This document shows positions 1 to 12,526 of a stretch of DNA of 64,000 nt, in pieces (within the stretch, counting starts at the first letter, position 1; every line of letters starts with the position of its first letter). Source of the stretch: an uncultured Planctomycetota bacterium. Lineage in GTDB: Bacteria; Planctomycetota; Planctomycetia; Pirellulales; Lacipirellulaceae. The notes under the pieces are model-generated. The model worked only from the letters and a program-made list of their open reading frames with translations. It did no database searches and was not told the origin of the DNA. The stretch lies in assembly GCA_963719315.1 (NCBI GenBank), contig CAVRBU010000002.1:1856001-1920000 (forward strand), written 5' to 3'. A program made the position numbers and the translations under genes.

Positions 1-426
1 GTGCCTGAGCAGCGCACCCGCACGGTGTGCTGGAAGACCTGCCGCATGGTGCCCGAACAGCGGACCTGCTGCTACAAGGTCTGCCACATGGTGCCTGAGC
101 AACGTAGCCGCACGGTGTGCTACCAGGTTTGCCATATGGTGCCCGAGCAGCGGACCTGCTGCTACAAGGTCTGCCACATGGTGCCCGAGCAGCGTACCCG
201 CACGGTGTGCTACACGGTCTGCAAGCCGGTTTGCTACCAACGCACGATTCAGGTCTCGAAGTGCGTGCCGCGCTGCGTGCCGTACACTGTGACCCGCTGC
301 GTGCCGCACTGCGTGTGCAAGCAAGTCCCGGTTACCGTGACCGTCACCTGCCCGTGCTGCTGCGGTTGCAACGGTGGTTGCGACGGCGGCGAAGCCAGCG
401 GCTCCGGCTGCGGTTGCGGTAACTAG
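1..426 (+). CDS. C-terminal part of a Cys-rich repeat protein (planctomycete YTV-like); 5' end lies outside the window
   Basis: Alternating 16-aa and 14-aa VPEQR...C..VC(H/R)M repeats, a VPYTVTRCVP motif and a Cys/Gly tail; followed by a terminator hairpin. Confidence 0.8.
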   Translation: MPEQRTRTVCWKTCRMVPEQRTCCYKVCHMVPEQRSRTVCYQVCHMVPEQRTCCYKVCHMVPEQRTRTVCYTVCKPVCYQRTIQVSKCVPRCVPYTVTRCVPHCVCKQVPVTVTVTCPCCCGCNGGCDGGEASGSGCGCGN

Positions 427-484
427 CTCACGTCATAGCCTCCCTTCCCGCGTAGGGAAGTGCGGCTGGTCAACTGAAACCCAC

Positions 485-521
485 AAGCGGGCCGGCTCGA
501 AAGAGCCGGCCCGCTTTATTT
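485..521 (+). terminator. Intrinsic terminator, possibly bidirectional
   Basis: AAGCGGGCCGGCTC-GAAA-GAGCCGGCCCGCTT followed by TATTT; lies between convergent genes. Confidence 0.85.
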
Positions 522-570
522 CGTTGTGGCGATAGGCGGCTCGCCCGTCATGTCCCTCGTCAAAAAGCGA

Positions 571-2723
571 TTACTTGTCGATCTTCCTATCCGCCAGCAA
601 CAACTCTCGAATAATCTCGATTTTGAAGCTACGGAGCGTCGGGCCTGCAATCGTGGAATCATCGAGCATGACATTTCCGTCGGGTCCGATAAGCACGTAA
701 CTCGGATAGCCGGAAATGCCGTGCGCTTTGTAACTTGCCAGGATGCGGCCGTCTGGATAATCGACCACAATCGGGTAGGTCAGCTTTTCCTTCTCTGCGT
801 CCTTCTTGATGGCTTCTAGCGGCATCGAATTGTCGTGGATGCCAATTACGACGAGCCCCTGTCGCGATAAGCGCTCTCAACGAGCCGAATGCTCGGCATG
901 TCGGCATGACAGGGGCCGCACCAAGTCGTCCAGAATTGCAAGAGCACATACTTCCCGTGGAAATCGGCCAGCGACGGATGCTCGTTTCACGCGTTCAACC
1001 AGGAGGCGCCGTCGAGCTCCGGCGCGGGTTTGCCGGCCAGCGAGATCGCGGCGAGGTTCTTCGTTCGATCCGCGGGCACGACGCCGCGCCCCCACGAGTT
1101 TAAGTCATTCGTGATTTTGGTTACGAGTTGTTCATGGCCCTGCGGTTCCAAACGCAATTCTATGTTTCGGAGCGAATTGGGCTCATCCAATCGAATGTCC
1201 GCCGCGCATCCAGAGGCTCTGTGGGATGAAACGCGACGATCGTTTGAGCTGGCAATCGCTCATGCGTCTGAAAGTCTTCCGGAATCCAGGGTGGTGACAG
1301 TTCAAATCTGCCTTCGGCGTCGGTAATCACCGGATTAACGGCATATGTCAGCATCGAACCACGAAATCGCACCACGGCGCCGGGGACAGGCTTTCCATCC
1401 GTGCCGACGACCAGGCCGCGAACTTTCAGAATCGGGCTGGTCACTAAATCCGGCACGACCGTCGAGCCGTCGGCGGCGGCGACGACATCCTGCCAAGGCG
1501 GGTCGGCCACCAATTCTTGGCCCTTGAAGTTGATGCGTGCCTTACCGGCGGCGACCTTCAACTCGTAGTTGCCGTTCTCATCCGTTTCGGCCCAATCGGC
1601 ATGCATCCATTCGTCGGCAAAGCGCGCGAATGGCCCGGATTGTTCGCCTGAATTGACCTCGCCTTGAACGGTCGTCTTGGCCACGGGCTTTCCCGTTTCG
1701 CGATCGACGACCCGGCCGCGGACTTTCACTTTGCGTTTCAAGTGAAAATCGAAGCGGTCATTGCCGGCCGAGATTTTGAACGGCTCCGATTCATCGGCAA
1801 CCGATCGGCCATAACGTAACATGTAGGTCGGCACCGCGACGAAATCCGGATGGCGCAGGCGAAACCAGGTGAATTTGCCCGCAGCCACGGCCACTACGGC
1901 CGTTCCATCGGACTTGATCTCCGGCACCTGGCTAATCAAGGTCGACATCGCGTCGAAGTCGTCGTTCCGCAAATCCATGACGAGCGATTTGGGGAGTTTC
2001 TCGCCGGTTTCCATAGCGACATGCAGGTGCAACTGGACGCCCGCGGGCAATTTGATGCTCGCGCTCGTGCCGACCGGAAGTTCCGCTGCCTTGCCGGGGG
2101 CAAACTCCTGGTGAACGATACGCACTTCGATCTTGCCGGGCGGTAAGGGCGGCAGTTGCAAGTCGCCATTCGCGGCGCTCGGGGCCACGGCGTGGCCCAT
2201 CGTTTCGAGCGTCTGCGGAGTGAGCAGGGTTGTGCCATTGGGGCCGGTGTGCGAGACGGTCCATAATCGCGCGGCGGCGATTGGCTGGCCGGCCTCAGTC
2301 TCAATACGGACTTTGGTCGCAAGCGGCCGGCCGAGAGCGATCGAGCTTTCGTAAGACTGATCGTCGTCCGCAAAGATGACCTGGCAAAATCCGAGGGCGT
2401 CGGGCGACGTGGCGATCACGAGATACGATTCTTCGGTCGAAACGCGGTCGACCACGACGTCGCCGGCCTGGTCGGACTTCGTGTCGCGATCGACGGATTG
2501 CCAGCGGCGCGAGTCCTGATCGAACGTGAACAGTCGCAGTTGCGCCGGCAATTGGCTGGCCGGATTCGTTCTTGACGTGCAGCTTAATATGGCCCTGGTT
2601 GGGCTTGGCGGAGTCGGCCGTTTCCGCTGCGGCGAGGAATGCGTGGATTTGCAACATGGCTAGCGCCAATGTCGCGAGATGCACGAGCTTTGCCCGCAGT
2701 CGAGATTTTGCGTGCCTCCACAT
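571..2723 (-). CDS. Secreted protein with carboxypeptidase-regulatory-like repeats and a C-terminal TlpA/redoxin-like domain; split by several frameshifts
   Basis: ORF pieces 2301-2816 (signal peptide), 1160-2551 (DGKPVPGAVV/TDAEGRF repeats), 987-1190 (GKPAPELDGASWLN) and 571-825 (YPIVVD...GYPSYVLIGPDG) form one collinear protein. Confidence 0.7.
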
Positions 2724-2802
2724 CCAAGCACCTCTGAATTTGGTCAGATTTCGGTCAATCTGGATGAGTAAATAATAATGGGTCGCGACAGGCTGGACCT
2801 TA

Positions 2803-2896
2803 AGAGCGTGTAACAAAACACTGGGGGGTCAGTCCCATTTTGCTGTGAAGACTCCACAAAATTGGGACAGTCCCCGGCCGTTTTGTTTCACGCTCT
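2803..2896. repeat. Nested palindromic element (REP/MITE-like)
   Basis: Outer IR AGAGCGTG.AACAAAAC / GTTTTGTT.CACGCTCT encloses inner IR GGGGTCAGTCCCATTTTG / CAAAATTGGGACAGTCCCC. Confidence 0.75.
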
Positions 2897-3084
2897 CAGT
2901 ATAGCGAATCACAGTGCCTCGGCGGATTTTGAAATTGGCCTGGACGGGCAATGCGGCCGACAACGCATATTCAAAGACCGAAACCGCACCCACGAAGAAC
3001 GGCCACAACGGCTCGTGAATGGTCTAATGGCAATTCAAGCAGATTCGGTGAGCGCGTGTGTCGGTTGCTGAATCGCTTCGTGCC

Positions 3085-3129
3085 AAATAAACAGAGCGGG
3101 GGCCTTCGTGCTCACGCGGCCCCCGCTCT
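3085..3129 (-). terminator. Intrinsic terminator of the CsrA-receiver gene
   Basis: AGAGCGGGGGCC...GGCCCCCGCTCT stem followed on the minus strand by GTTTATTT. Confidence 0.65.
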
Positions 3130-3226
3130 CTGGCTGGCAACAAATTGGTCCGCATCTTGCGGGCAAGTGATCCCAATCCGTGAGATGGTCGCCGAGGCGA
3201 CCCCACTTTGCCTTTTCGTAGCGAGC

Positions 3227-4036
3227 TTACGCCAGTACGCGTTCGATGTGCAGTTCGTCGCGAAGCGCTTCGAGCAACGCTTTGGGGTTGAGGGGCTTGG
3301 TGAACCAGCGGTCCACGCCATTGGGCCCGAGGCTGATGTTCATGTCCTCGGGCCGCGTGCCGCTGACCGCGAACAGCTTCAGGCCACGGTAGTCGGGATT
3401 GCTGCGAATGGCCGAAATTGTTTTGCGGCCGTCGAACCGTGGCATGCGAATATCGAGCAGCACGACGTCAGGCGCCTTTTCGGTAAGCCGGACCATCGCC
3501 TGCAGGCCGTCGGCCGCCGTATCCACGTCGAAGCCGCTCACACGCAGGCAGCCGGCCAATAGTTCGCGTTCATTGTCGTCGTCTTCAACGACCAGCGCGC
3601 TGTGATGAGGTTCGTCACCGCTGGAAATCGGTAAATCCAATTTTTGCGGTTTTCGCTCGGCCGGGCCGTCGAGTTGGTTTTCAATCGCCTTCAACTCGTT
3701 GAAGATCTTGAAAATCGTAGTTTCGGCGTCGCTCAGATCGCCAATTTCAATTTTCTGGTGGAGTAAATGCAGGCCGAGCGCCGCCGCATTGAGGCGATTG
3801 CGTGTGGCATGGTTCAGCTTTGCGGCCAACGCCTCCACGGGCGTGGGGAATTTCAGCGTTTCGGCTTCTCCATTAGCCGCGATCCGCTCCGATACTTCGT
3901 GCCGATGCACCGGAATCTCGTGCGGCGCCTCGATGCCCAGTCGCACCTTGTTGCCCGCCACGCGCAGGATTTCTACGCTGATGCCGAGCGTGGGGAATAC
4001 CACTTTGTCGTTGCGGCCGCGGGAAAGGACAAGCAT
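3227..4036 (-). CDS. CsrA-domain / response-regulator receiver fusion protein
   Basis: N-terminal MLVLSR...VRLGIEAP..IPVHRHE (CsrA signature); C-terminal LVVEDD...PDVVLLDIRMP...FTKP (REC domain). Confidence 0.9.
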   Translation of the reverse strand: MLVLSRGRNDKVVFPTLGISVEILRVAGNKVRLGIEAPHEIPVHRHEVSERIAANGEAETLKFPTPVEALAAKLNHATRNRLNAAALGLHLLHQKIEIGDLSDAETTIFKIFNELKAIENQLDGPAERKPQKLDLPISSGDEPHHSALVVEDDDNERELLAGCLRVSGFDVDTAADGLQAMVRLTEKAPDVVLLDIRMPRFDGRKTISAIRSNPDYRGLKLFAVSGTRPEDMNISLGPNGVDRWFTKPLNPKALLEALRDELHIERVLA

Positions 4037-4272
4037 AACGAGGACTCCTTATGTTCGGTCGTCGGCGTTTTCTATCTATCAGCCAAACGACGCAGCAATG
4101 TGTGACCTAAGGAGTCCGTTCCCGGTCGCACGATATTCGCGATCACCATTGTTCTAATTCGCCCGCGATAAAAGCCACAAGATCAGAATTCACGAAATTT
4201 TGACCGCTAGCGAACCCAGTCGGCGACCACGACTGTTTGTCACGCAAATGGCGCACGATTATGATCGTCAAT

Positions 4273-5373
4273 ATGAAAAAATATCCAATTCCAATAATTG
4301 CTTTACTGATTCTCTTGCGCTGCATGACCACGATGGCGAATGACGAAAGCAAACTCGCGGAAAAGGTCGAATCGGCGCTGCCGCCGCATGTCGGCGCGGG
4401 CGTGTTGGCAATCGACCACGGCGAGATCGTCTTCGAGCACGCTAGCGGCCTGGCGGATGTCGAAACCAATTCGCCCTGCACCCCCGAAACGAATTTCCGA
4501 TTGGCCAGCGTGTCCAAGCAATTCACGGCAACTGCCGTAATGCTGCTGGCTGACCGCGGCAAACTTTCGCTCGATGACAAGCTCACGAAGTTCTTCCCAG
4601 ATTTTCAGGATTACGGCGACAAGATCACGGTCAAACATCTGCTGACGCATACCTCCGGCTTGCCGGCCTACGAGGGCCTCATTCCGCCGGGGACCACACT
4701 GCAACTCGACGACTACGACGTGCTGCACCTCCTAATGGATACAAAGGCGCCACGGTTCGCAGCAGGTGCAAAATTCGAATACTCGAATTCGGGCTACACG
4801 CTGCTCGGCTTGATCGTCGAACAAGTCTCGCACAAGCCGTTTCACGAATTCATGGCAAGCGAAATCTTCCAGCCGCTCGGAATGGACCACAGCGTTGTGT
4901 ATCAGCGCGGATTGAATGCGGTTTCAAATCGCGCCTATGGCCACGAAAAACGCGACGGCAAATGGATTCGTTCGGACCAGAGCCTCACGAGCGCTGTCCG
5001 CGGCGACGGCGGTGTCTACACTTCGCTCCGAGACTACCGCAAATGGCTGCAGGGCATCGACGATCAAAGACTCGTCAGCGAGGCGTCCTATCAGGCCATG
5101 TTCTCACCGCAGGTCGAGACCGATCGTAATGGCAGCCACTATGGTTACGGTTGGTTCTTGGACGAATACCGCGGCGAGCCGCGCATCCATCACAACGGCG
5201 ACACACAAGGTTTCCGCGCGTGTGTGCAGCGCTTTCCCCAGCGGCGTGCGGCAATTCTCATTCTGTTCAATTGTGAGGTGGAAGACGACCAAATGACGAA
5301 AATCGGCGAGCGCGTGGCTAATACGCTGCTTTTCGAAAATGCGCTAAGCCGCCAGCGACCCCTAACGGCTTAG
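4273..5373 (+). CDS. Serine hydrolase, beta-lactamase class C / AmpC-like family
   Basis: FRLASVSK (SxxK), LLTHTSG, YSNSGY and HNG motifs; signal peptide. Confidence 0.9.
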   Translation: MKKYPIPIIALLILLRCMTTMANDESKLAEKVESALPPHVGAGVLAIDHGEIVFEHASGLADVETNSPCTPETNFRLASVSKQFTATAVMLLADRGKLSLDDKLTKFFPDFQDYGDKITVKHLLTHTSGLPAYEGLIPPGTTLQLDDYDVLHLLMDTKAPRFAAGAKFEYSNSGYTLLGLIVEQVSHKPFHEFMASEIFQPLGMDHSVVYQRGLNAVSNRAYGHEKRDGKWIRSDQSLTSAVRGDGGVYTSLRDYRKWLQGIDDQRLVSEASYQAMFSPQVETDRNGSHYGYGWFLDEYRGEPRIHHNGDTQGFRACVQRFPQRRAAILILFNCEVEDDQMTKIGERVANTLLFENALSRQRPLTA

Positions 5374-5576
5374 CGCGCTTTCTGATTGCGGTTCCAGGGC
5401 ATCTTATAGAGACACGCCCGTGTCCCGCAGCGGTTCGTGAATCCCGTGGCTATCTGCCCCGCGCCGATGAATCCGGCTAGCAAATACCAGTACGGATTTA
5501 CGTACCAACCAAGAATCACGCTGAGCACGATCAAGGTCCCATGCACGATTTTGATCTGCCGTTCGACGGGCGACAT
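5370..5576 (-). CDS. DUF2892 / YgaP-like small membrane protein
   Basis: VERQI..VHG start, two TM helices, GF...CG...KMPWN; adjacent to the rhodanese gene. Confidence 0.8.
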   Translation of the reverse strand: MSPVERQIKIVHGTLIVLSVILGWYVNPYWYLLAGFIGAGQIATGFTNRCGTRACLYKMPWNRNQKAR

Positions 5577-5578
5577 CT

Positions 5579-5920
5579 TTACGCTCCTTGCTCGGTGGGC
5601 AGCCCTGCCAGGTACCAGGCCTGTGTGCCGCCCTCGACATTGACGACGTTTTCATAGCCGGCGGCCATCATCGCTTCGCAAGCCCATGCGCTGCGTGCGC
5701 CAACCGCGCAGATAAAGTACATGGGCTCCTCGGCCGAGGTAACGCGTGACTTCAAGATCGCCTTGGGTTTGAATGAATCGAGCGGCGCATTGCGCGCGCG
5801 AGCAGCGTGTAACTCGGCAAACTCTTGCGGCGTTCGAACATCGATGAGATCGATCGGCCCCAGCGAACTGGCGCGATGCAATTCGACGCAGCCAATTGTC
5901 TTAATGCTCGATTCGCTCAT
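5579..5920 (-). CDS. Rhodanese-like sulfurtransferase domain protein
   Basis: LIDVRTPQEF...H, ICAVGARS and VEGGTQAW motifs. Confidence 0.9.
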   Translation of the reverse strand: MSESSIKTIGCVELHRASSLGPIDLIDVRTPQEFAELHAARARNAPLDSFKPKAILKSRVTSAEEPMYFICAVGARSAWACEAMMAAGYENVVNVEGGTQAWYLAGLPTEQGA

Positions 5921-6566
5921 CGTGCGCCGAATGTGATTTGTCGGATGCCACATCGTCGGCAGACTCCTGGCCCGCGCGTACGCGTGAATGCTCGCTCCGC
6001 GACAGGTATACCAGGGCTACGAAATCGTACAACCCGTGCGCGACCATCGGCGCAATCAGATCGTGGTAGTGGAGTGCCAACCACCCGAGGAACGCGCCGA
6101 CCGCGACGGCGAATGCAAAGTAAAGTTTCGACAGCGCGTGGGCCATTCCGAAAACGAAACTGGCCAGCAGCAAACCCACGAGAGGCGTCGTCCACTCTCC
6201 CAGTTTTGTTTGCAAGACGCCGCGAAACAGCAGCTCCTCGCCCACGCCGGCCAACGCCGCGACCAACGCAAATTGCGGCACGCTCGCGCTGGGAAACATT
6301 TCACGAACTAACCATCCGACCTGTTCGCGCAACTGTCGAAACGGCCGCCATTGCGAGTTCACCAGATACCAGAAGACCATCAGCATCGGCAGCGTCGCCA
6401 ACAAGCCGCGGGCAATCGCGGCGACCAATGGCGTTCCGATCGTTGCAAACTGCTCGCGTAACGAAACTTTGAACAGCCAGGCGAGTACGACGGCGGCCAG
6501 CGCCAGGCCGCCCTCGACCAAGACAGCCATTGCGAAGCCATCGGAACGTTCTGTACGGGAGTTCAT
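5901..6566 (-). CDS. CPBP (CAAX/Abi) family intramembrane metalloprotease
   Basis: GVGEELLFRG, FGMAH and AHGLYD motifs. Confidence 0.9.
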   Translation of the reverse strand: MNSRTERSDGFAMAVLVEGGLALAAVVLAWLFKVSLREQFATIGTPLVAAIARGLLATLPMLMVFWYLVNSQWRPFRQLREQVGWLVREMFPSASVPQFALVAALAGVGEELLFRGVLQTKLGEWTTPLVGLLLASFVFGMAHALSKLYFAFAVAVGAFLGWLALHYHDLIAPMVAHGLYDFVALVYLSRSEHSRVRAGQESADDVASDKSHSAHDERIEH

Positions 6567-6812
6567 TTAAACTGAAGTATCGCGCGATCCAAGAGTGACC
6601 CACGCCGAGCGCAATCAGCATGTTCGCCTTGACGACCCGCCGACGATAGGGCTACATTAACCGATTCGCATTCGCCGCAACTTCTCCTAGTCCTAAGACT
6701 CAGAGAGCTTCGCAGTTCCAGCGGCTTCAACGTAAGGCGGACGTCCGCGTCCGTCAATTAATCGATCAAGCGACGACGGCAAACGTCGTCCGTTCTAAAT
6801 TCTTTTGTTCGG

Positions 6813-9575
<2,763 letters not shown>

Positions 9576-9651
9576 GGCGAGGCGCGAGTGGCGAGGAGCG
9601 AGGTGGGCCGCAAGTGCGAGTGAACCACTCGATTGCCGAAGGCCAATCACT

Positions 9652-9734
9652 GTAGGTCCCTTCTGCCGGAAGGGACCTTCGCGAATTGCCGAGAATGCGA
9701 CCTCGCGAGGTCCGGCTCGGCAAGCGGGCCCTAC
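9652..9734. repeat. GTAG-type REP doublet
   Basis: GTAGGTCCCTTCTGCCGGAAGGGACC, spacer, GGTCCGGCTCGGCAAGCGGGCCCTAC. Confidence 0.75.
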
Positions 9735-9795
9735 TTTTGCGCCGCTTGTTTGACGTGGTTTGCGCAAAACGCGTTGGCGGCCGTGATCCAGACGT

Positions 9796-9910
9796 TTTTG
9801 CAGCGGCACTTTTTGCAAGCTGTGCTGCAACCCATGCGGCGGCAACGGTTTACGTTTTGTGCGCCGAGCGGGGGTCCCACATACTCGATGCAAAACTCCC
9901 GAGTTTTGCA
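9796..9910 (-). repeat. Dispersed ~110-bp element, copy A (homologous to 52956-53066)
   Basis: Manual alignment shows shared, collinear blocks AACTC.GGA.TTTTG, TGTGGGACCCC, ACAAAAC.TAAA.CGTT and GTGC...TGCAAAA. Confidence 0.6.
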
Positions 9911-10242
9911 CCACGCGACGTCGGAAAACCACTCGACCAAGAGCGCGCGACGCACACTCGAGCGCGCAGAACGCGCGGATTTTACTTCCATTTCGGCGCG
10001 AAGCGTGCTTGGCTGAAAGCTGACGGCTGACGGCTTCTTCCCAACTTTTCAAAGAACGAACGCGGCTGGATTGCAGCGTGACTGGACCCTAGCGGATTTC
10101 TAAACGGATGTACACACTCTATTTTTGGCCGCGCGGATGTAGAGACATTCTTCGTACAGCGGGAAAGCAAGAGTTTACAGGTTAGGGGAAGACGCAAGGC
10201 GGAAGGGGGAGTGCGGAATGGGGAAGGGGGTGGCGCCCTGCG

Positions 10243-10917
10243 TTAGCGGTTACGGCGTCGGAAGGAGAAGAGCAATGCGGGGAGTGCGGCGGCGGTCAGG
10301 GTGATGCTGCCTGGCTCGGGGACCGCTAGGATCAGGCGGATCTGGTCGACTTCGACGGTGACCGACTGGGCACCCGACAAGGCGGCGAACTGTCCCGAGT
10401 TGAGCTGATCGGCCCCTTCGTTGAAGCCGGTCATGCCGCGATAAGCCGCACCGGTGGGATAGGTGGTGCCGGGCGCGCCGAGGTAGTCGGAGGCATCGAG
10501 GAGGCCATCGCTGTAGATCAGGCCAATGATGCGGTCGGTGTTCTGAAACCCGAAGAACCATCCAACGCCGAGCGGATCGATCGGTTGGCCCACGGTGTCG
10601 TAGTGCACGAGATAGGAGGAGACACGCGTGCCGGCGGGGATGAGGCCGGGGTTGGCCGTGTTGGTGCTGCCCACGACCTCGGCGCCGGCGTTGTCGGCGT
10701 CGACGTAGAGATCGCTGGCGAGGAGAAAGTCTTGCCGCTCGGCGAAGATGACCGCGAGGTCATTGTTTTCCGTCGCCCCTTCGACGACCGAGCCGGGGGG
10801 TGTGATCTCGAGAAGATCGCCAGTGATGGAACTGATGGTCTGGCCAAAGGCGGCACTCGACATGAGTGCGACGAGTAGAGCCGAAAGCAAAGCTCCAGCG
10901 TGCAACTTGCATTTCAT
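10243..10917 (-). CDS. PEP-CTERM sorting-domain surface protein
   Basis: Signal peptide; C-terminal VPEPGS + TM helix + RRRNR. Confidence 0.9.
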   Translation of the reverse strand: MKCKLHAGALLSALLVALMSSAAFGQTISSITGDLLEITPPGSVVEGATENNDLAVIFAERQDFLLASDLYVDADNAGAEVVGSTNTANPGLIPAGTRVSSYLVHYDTVGQPIDPLGVGWFFGFQNTDRIIGLIYSDGLLDASDYLGAPGTTYPTGAAYRGMTGFNEGADQLNSGQFAALSGAQSVTVEVDQIRLILAVPEPGSITLTAAALPALLFSFRRRNR

Positions 10918-11215
10918 CAGCGTTCCCCCTAGTTCAGAGACGAAGAGCAGGTGGCACCGCGTGCGGCTTACCGAAGCAACGAACCGAGACGGTGCGACAA
11001 GCCGGGATTCATGCGATGTACCGACCGGCAACCGTGCCCGGGTAGTTCGGCCTTATTGTAGCAGCTGCGGCCGGCGCCCGTGCGTAGGGAGTCGTAATTT
11101 TCCCAATTTTTTCTTGCGTTCGGCGGAAGCGGGGAGTCGTGAAGCAGCGCTCGGGCGCCGGTGGGAAGGGGGAAAGGGGGAGCGCGTTCATTGGGGACGC
11201 GTGCGCAAGAGAAAA

Positions 11216-11240
11216 GCCCAGCCGGGACGGCTGAGCTATA
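11216..11240. repeat. Single REP-like palindrome
   Basis: AGCCCAGCCGGGACGGCTGAGCTAT just downstream of lpxA. Confidence 0.45.
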
Positions 11241-11270
11241 TGGGGTTTGCGACTGGTTTTTTGCGGTGGG

Positions 11271-12134
11271 CTACCCGACCTTCTTTTCAGCCTGGGGCAA
11301 TTCAAAGGTCGTATCGTCGGCATCGTCGCGACGCAGCCGAACAATTGCGCCCGGCGGCGTGCGACGCTCTTGCACGAAGCCGCGCTTGCCGCCGAGGAAG
11401 AACGGCTGAAACTCGGCGGCCGGTCCGGCCACGAATTCCGACCGCAAGGTATCCAGCATTTCCTGCCACGTGAGGCCGCTACGATAGATGGCGCGGTACG
11501 CCGCTTTCAGCTCCAAGATATCGTCCGCCGTGAAGCCAGCCCGGCGCAGGCCGACTTTGTTGAGGCCAACGACCATGGCCGAATCGCCGTCCAGCGTAAC
11601 GAACGGCGGCACGTCGCGTACGACTCGCGCGTGTCCGCCGATCATGGCCAGCCGGCCGATGCGGCAGAACTGGTGGACCGCCACCGCGCCCCCCAAGTAC
11701 GCCCGTGCCCCAACTTCCACGTGGCCTCCTAGCATTGTCCCATTGGTCAGCACCACGTTGTCCTCCACGACGCAATCGTGGGCCACGTGCGCTCCGACCA
11801 TGAACAGGCAGCGGCTGCCGACGCGAGTGACGTGCCCGGCCTCGAGCGCGCGGTGGACGGTGCAGTTCTCGCGAAACACATTGCCGTCGCCGATTTCGGT
11901 CGTGCCCGGGTGTTCGGGCATGTGGACGTGTTGCGGCATGCCACCCAGCACTGTGCCTTCGAGCACCAAATTGTCGCGGCCCAGAATCGTCCCCGATTTC
12001 ACGGTCGCGCGGCCGGCGAGGTGACAGCCATCACCCAGCACGACTCCGGCTTCAACGACACAAAACGGCCCGATCCGTACATTGGAACCGAGCTCGGCAT
12101 GGGGACTAACGACGGCAAGCGGGTGAATCGACAC
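11271..12134 (-). CDS. lpxA: Acyl-ACP--UDP-N-acetylglucosamine O-acyltransferase
   Basis: Hexapeptide repeats, AHVAHDC, LGGHVEVG, VHQFCRIG and GLNKVGLRRAG; probable GTG start. Confidence 0.92.
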   Translation of the reverse strand: MSIHPLAVVSPHAELGSNVRIGPFCVVEAGVVLGDGCHLAGRATVKSGTILGRDNLVLEGTVLGGMPQHVHMPEHPGTTEIGDGNVFRENCTVHRALEAGHVTRVGSRCLFMVGAHVAHDCVVEDNVVLTNGTMLGGHVEVGARAYLGGAVAVHQFCRIGRLAMIGGHARVVRDVPPFVTLDGDSAMVVGLNKVGLRRAGFTADDILELKAAYRAIYRSGLTWQEMLDTLRSEFVAGPAAEFQPFFLGGKRGFVQERRTPPGAIVRLRRDDADDTTFELPQAEKKVG

Positions 12135-12152
12135 GGGTGGGTCCTTTCCGAA

Positions 12153-12219
12153 GTCGGGTATCAGGTGTTGGGCGTCAGGTGCCGGATTCCTGAAACCTGA
12201 CACCTGACACCCGACACCT
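12153..12219. repeat. Heptamer-repeat hairpin, (GGTGTCA)n...(TGACACC)n family
   Basis: 7-nt periodic arms in inverted orientation upstream of lpxA; same family as the element inside carA. Confidence 0.8.
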
Positions 12220-12526
12220 ACAAAACGCGGGAGTGTGACGGGCCACCGGACGGGATACGCTGCACCGGCAGGAAGCACACACTTAACACTATCGGGCGTA
12301 ACAATTGTGCCGGCTTAGCCGCAGGTGGCGATTTTTCGGTCGTGGCGAACCATCGTCTGGGCGAACTACGCAACCGCCTGTTACACTCGAAGAATTGGAC
12401 TGCTAGCAAAAAGAATTCTGCTAGCATCAAGGTGCCATGCCTTCGACGCGAAGCGGCGTAGGCATGCTTTCGCAATTCGATTGGTTATTCGATTGGTTAG
12501 TTGTTTAACGCAAGGAATAGATCGCC

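Noticed and set aside
1..230. Tandem repeats as a CRISPR array
   Set aside because: Unit lengths are multiples of 3 with synonymous variation, there are no unique spacers and no cas genes; this is a coding repeat.
9731..9991. Cys-rich 86-aa ORF
   Set aside because: It overlaps the dispersed repeat element, and copy B does not preserve the protein sequence.
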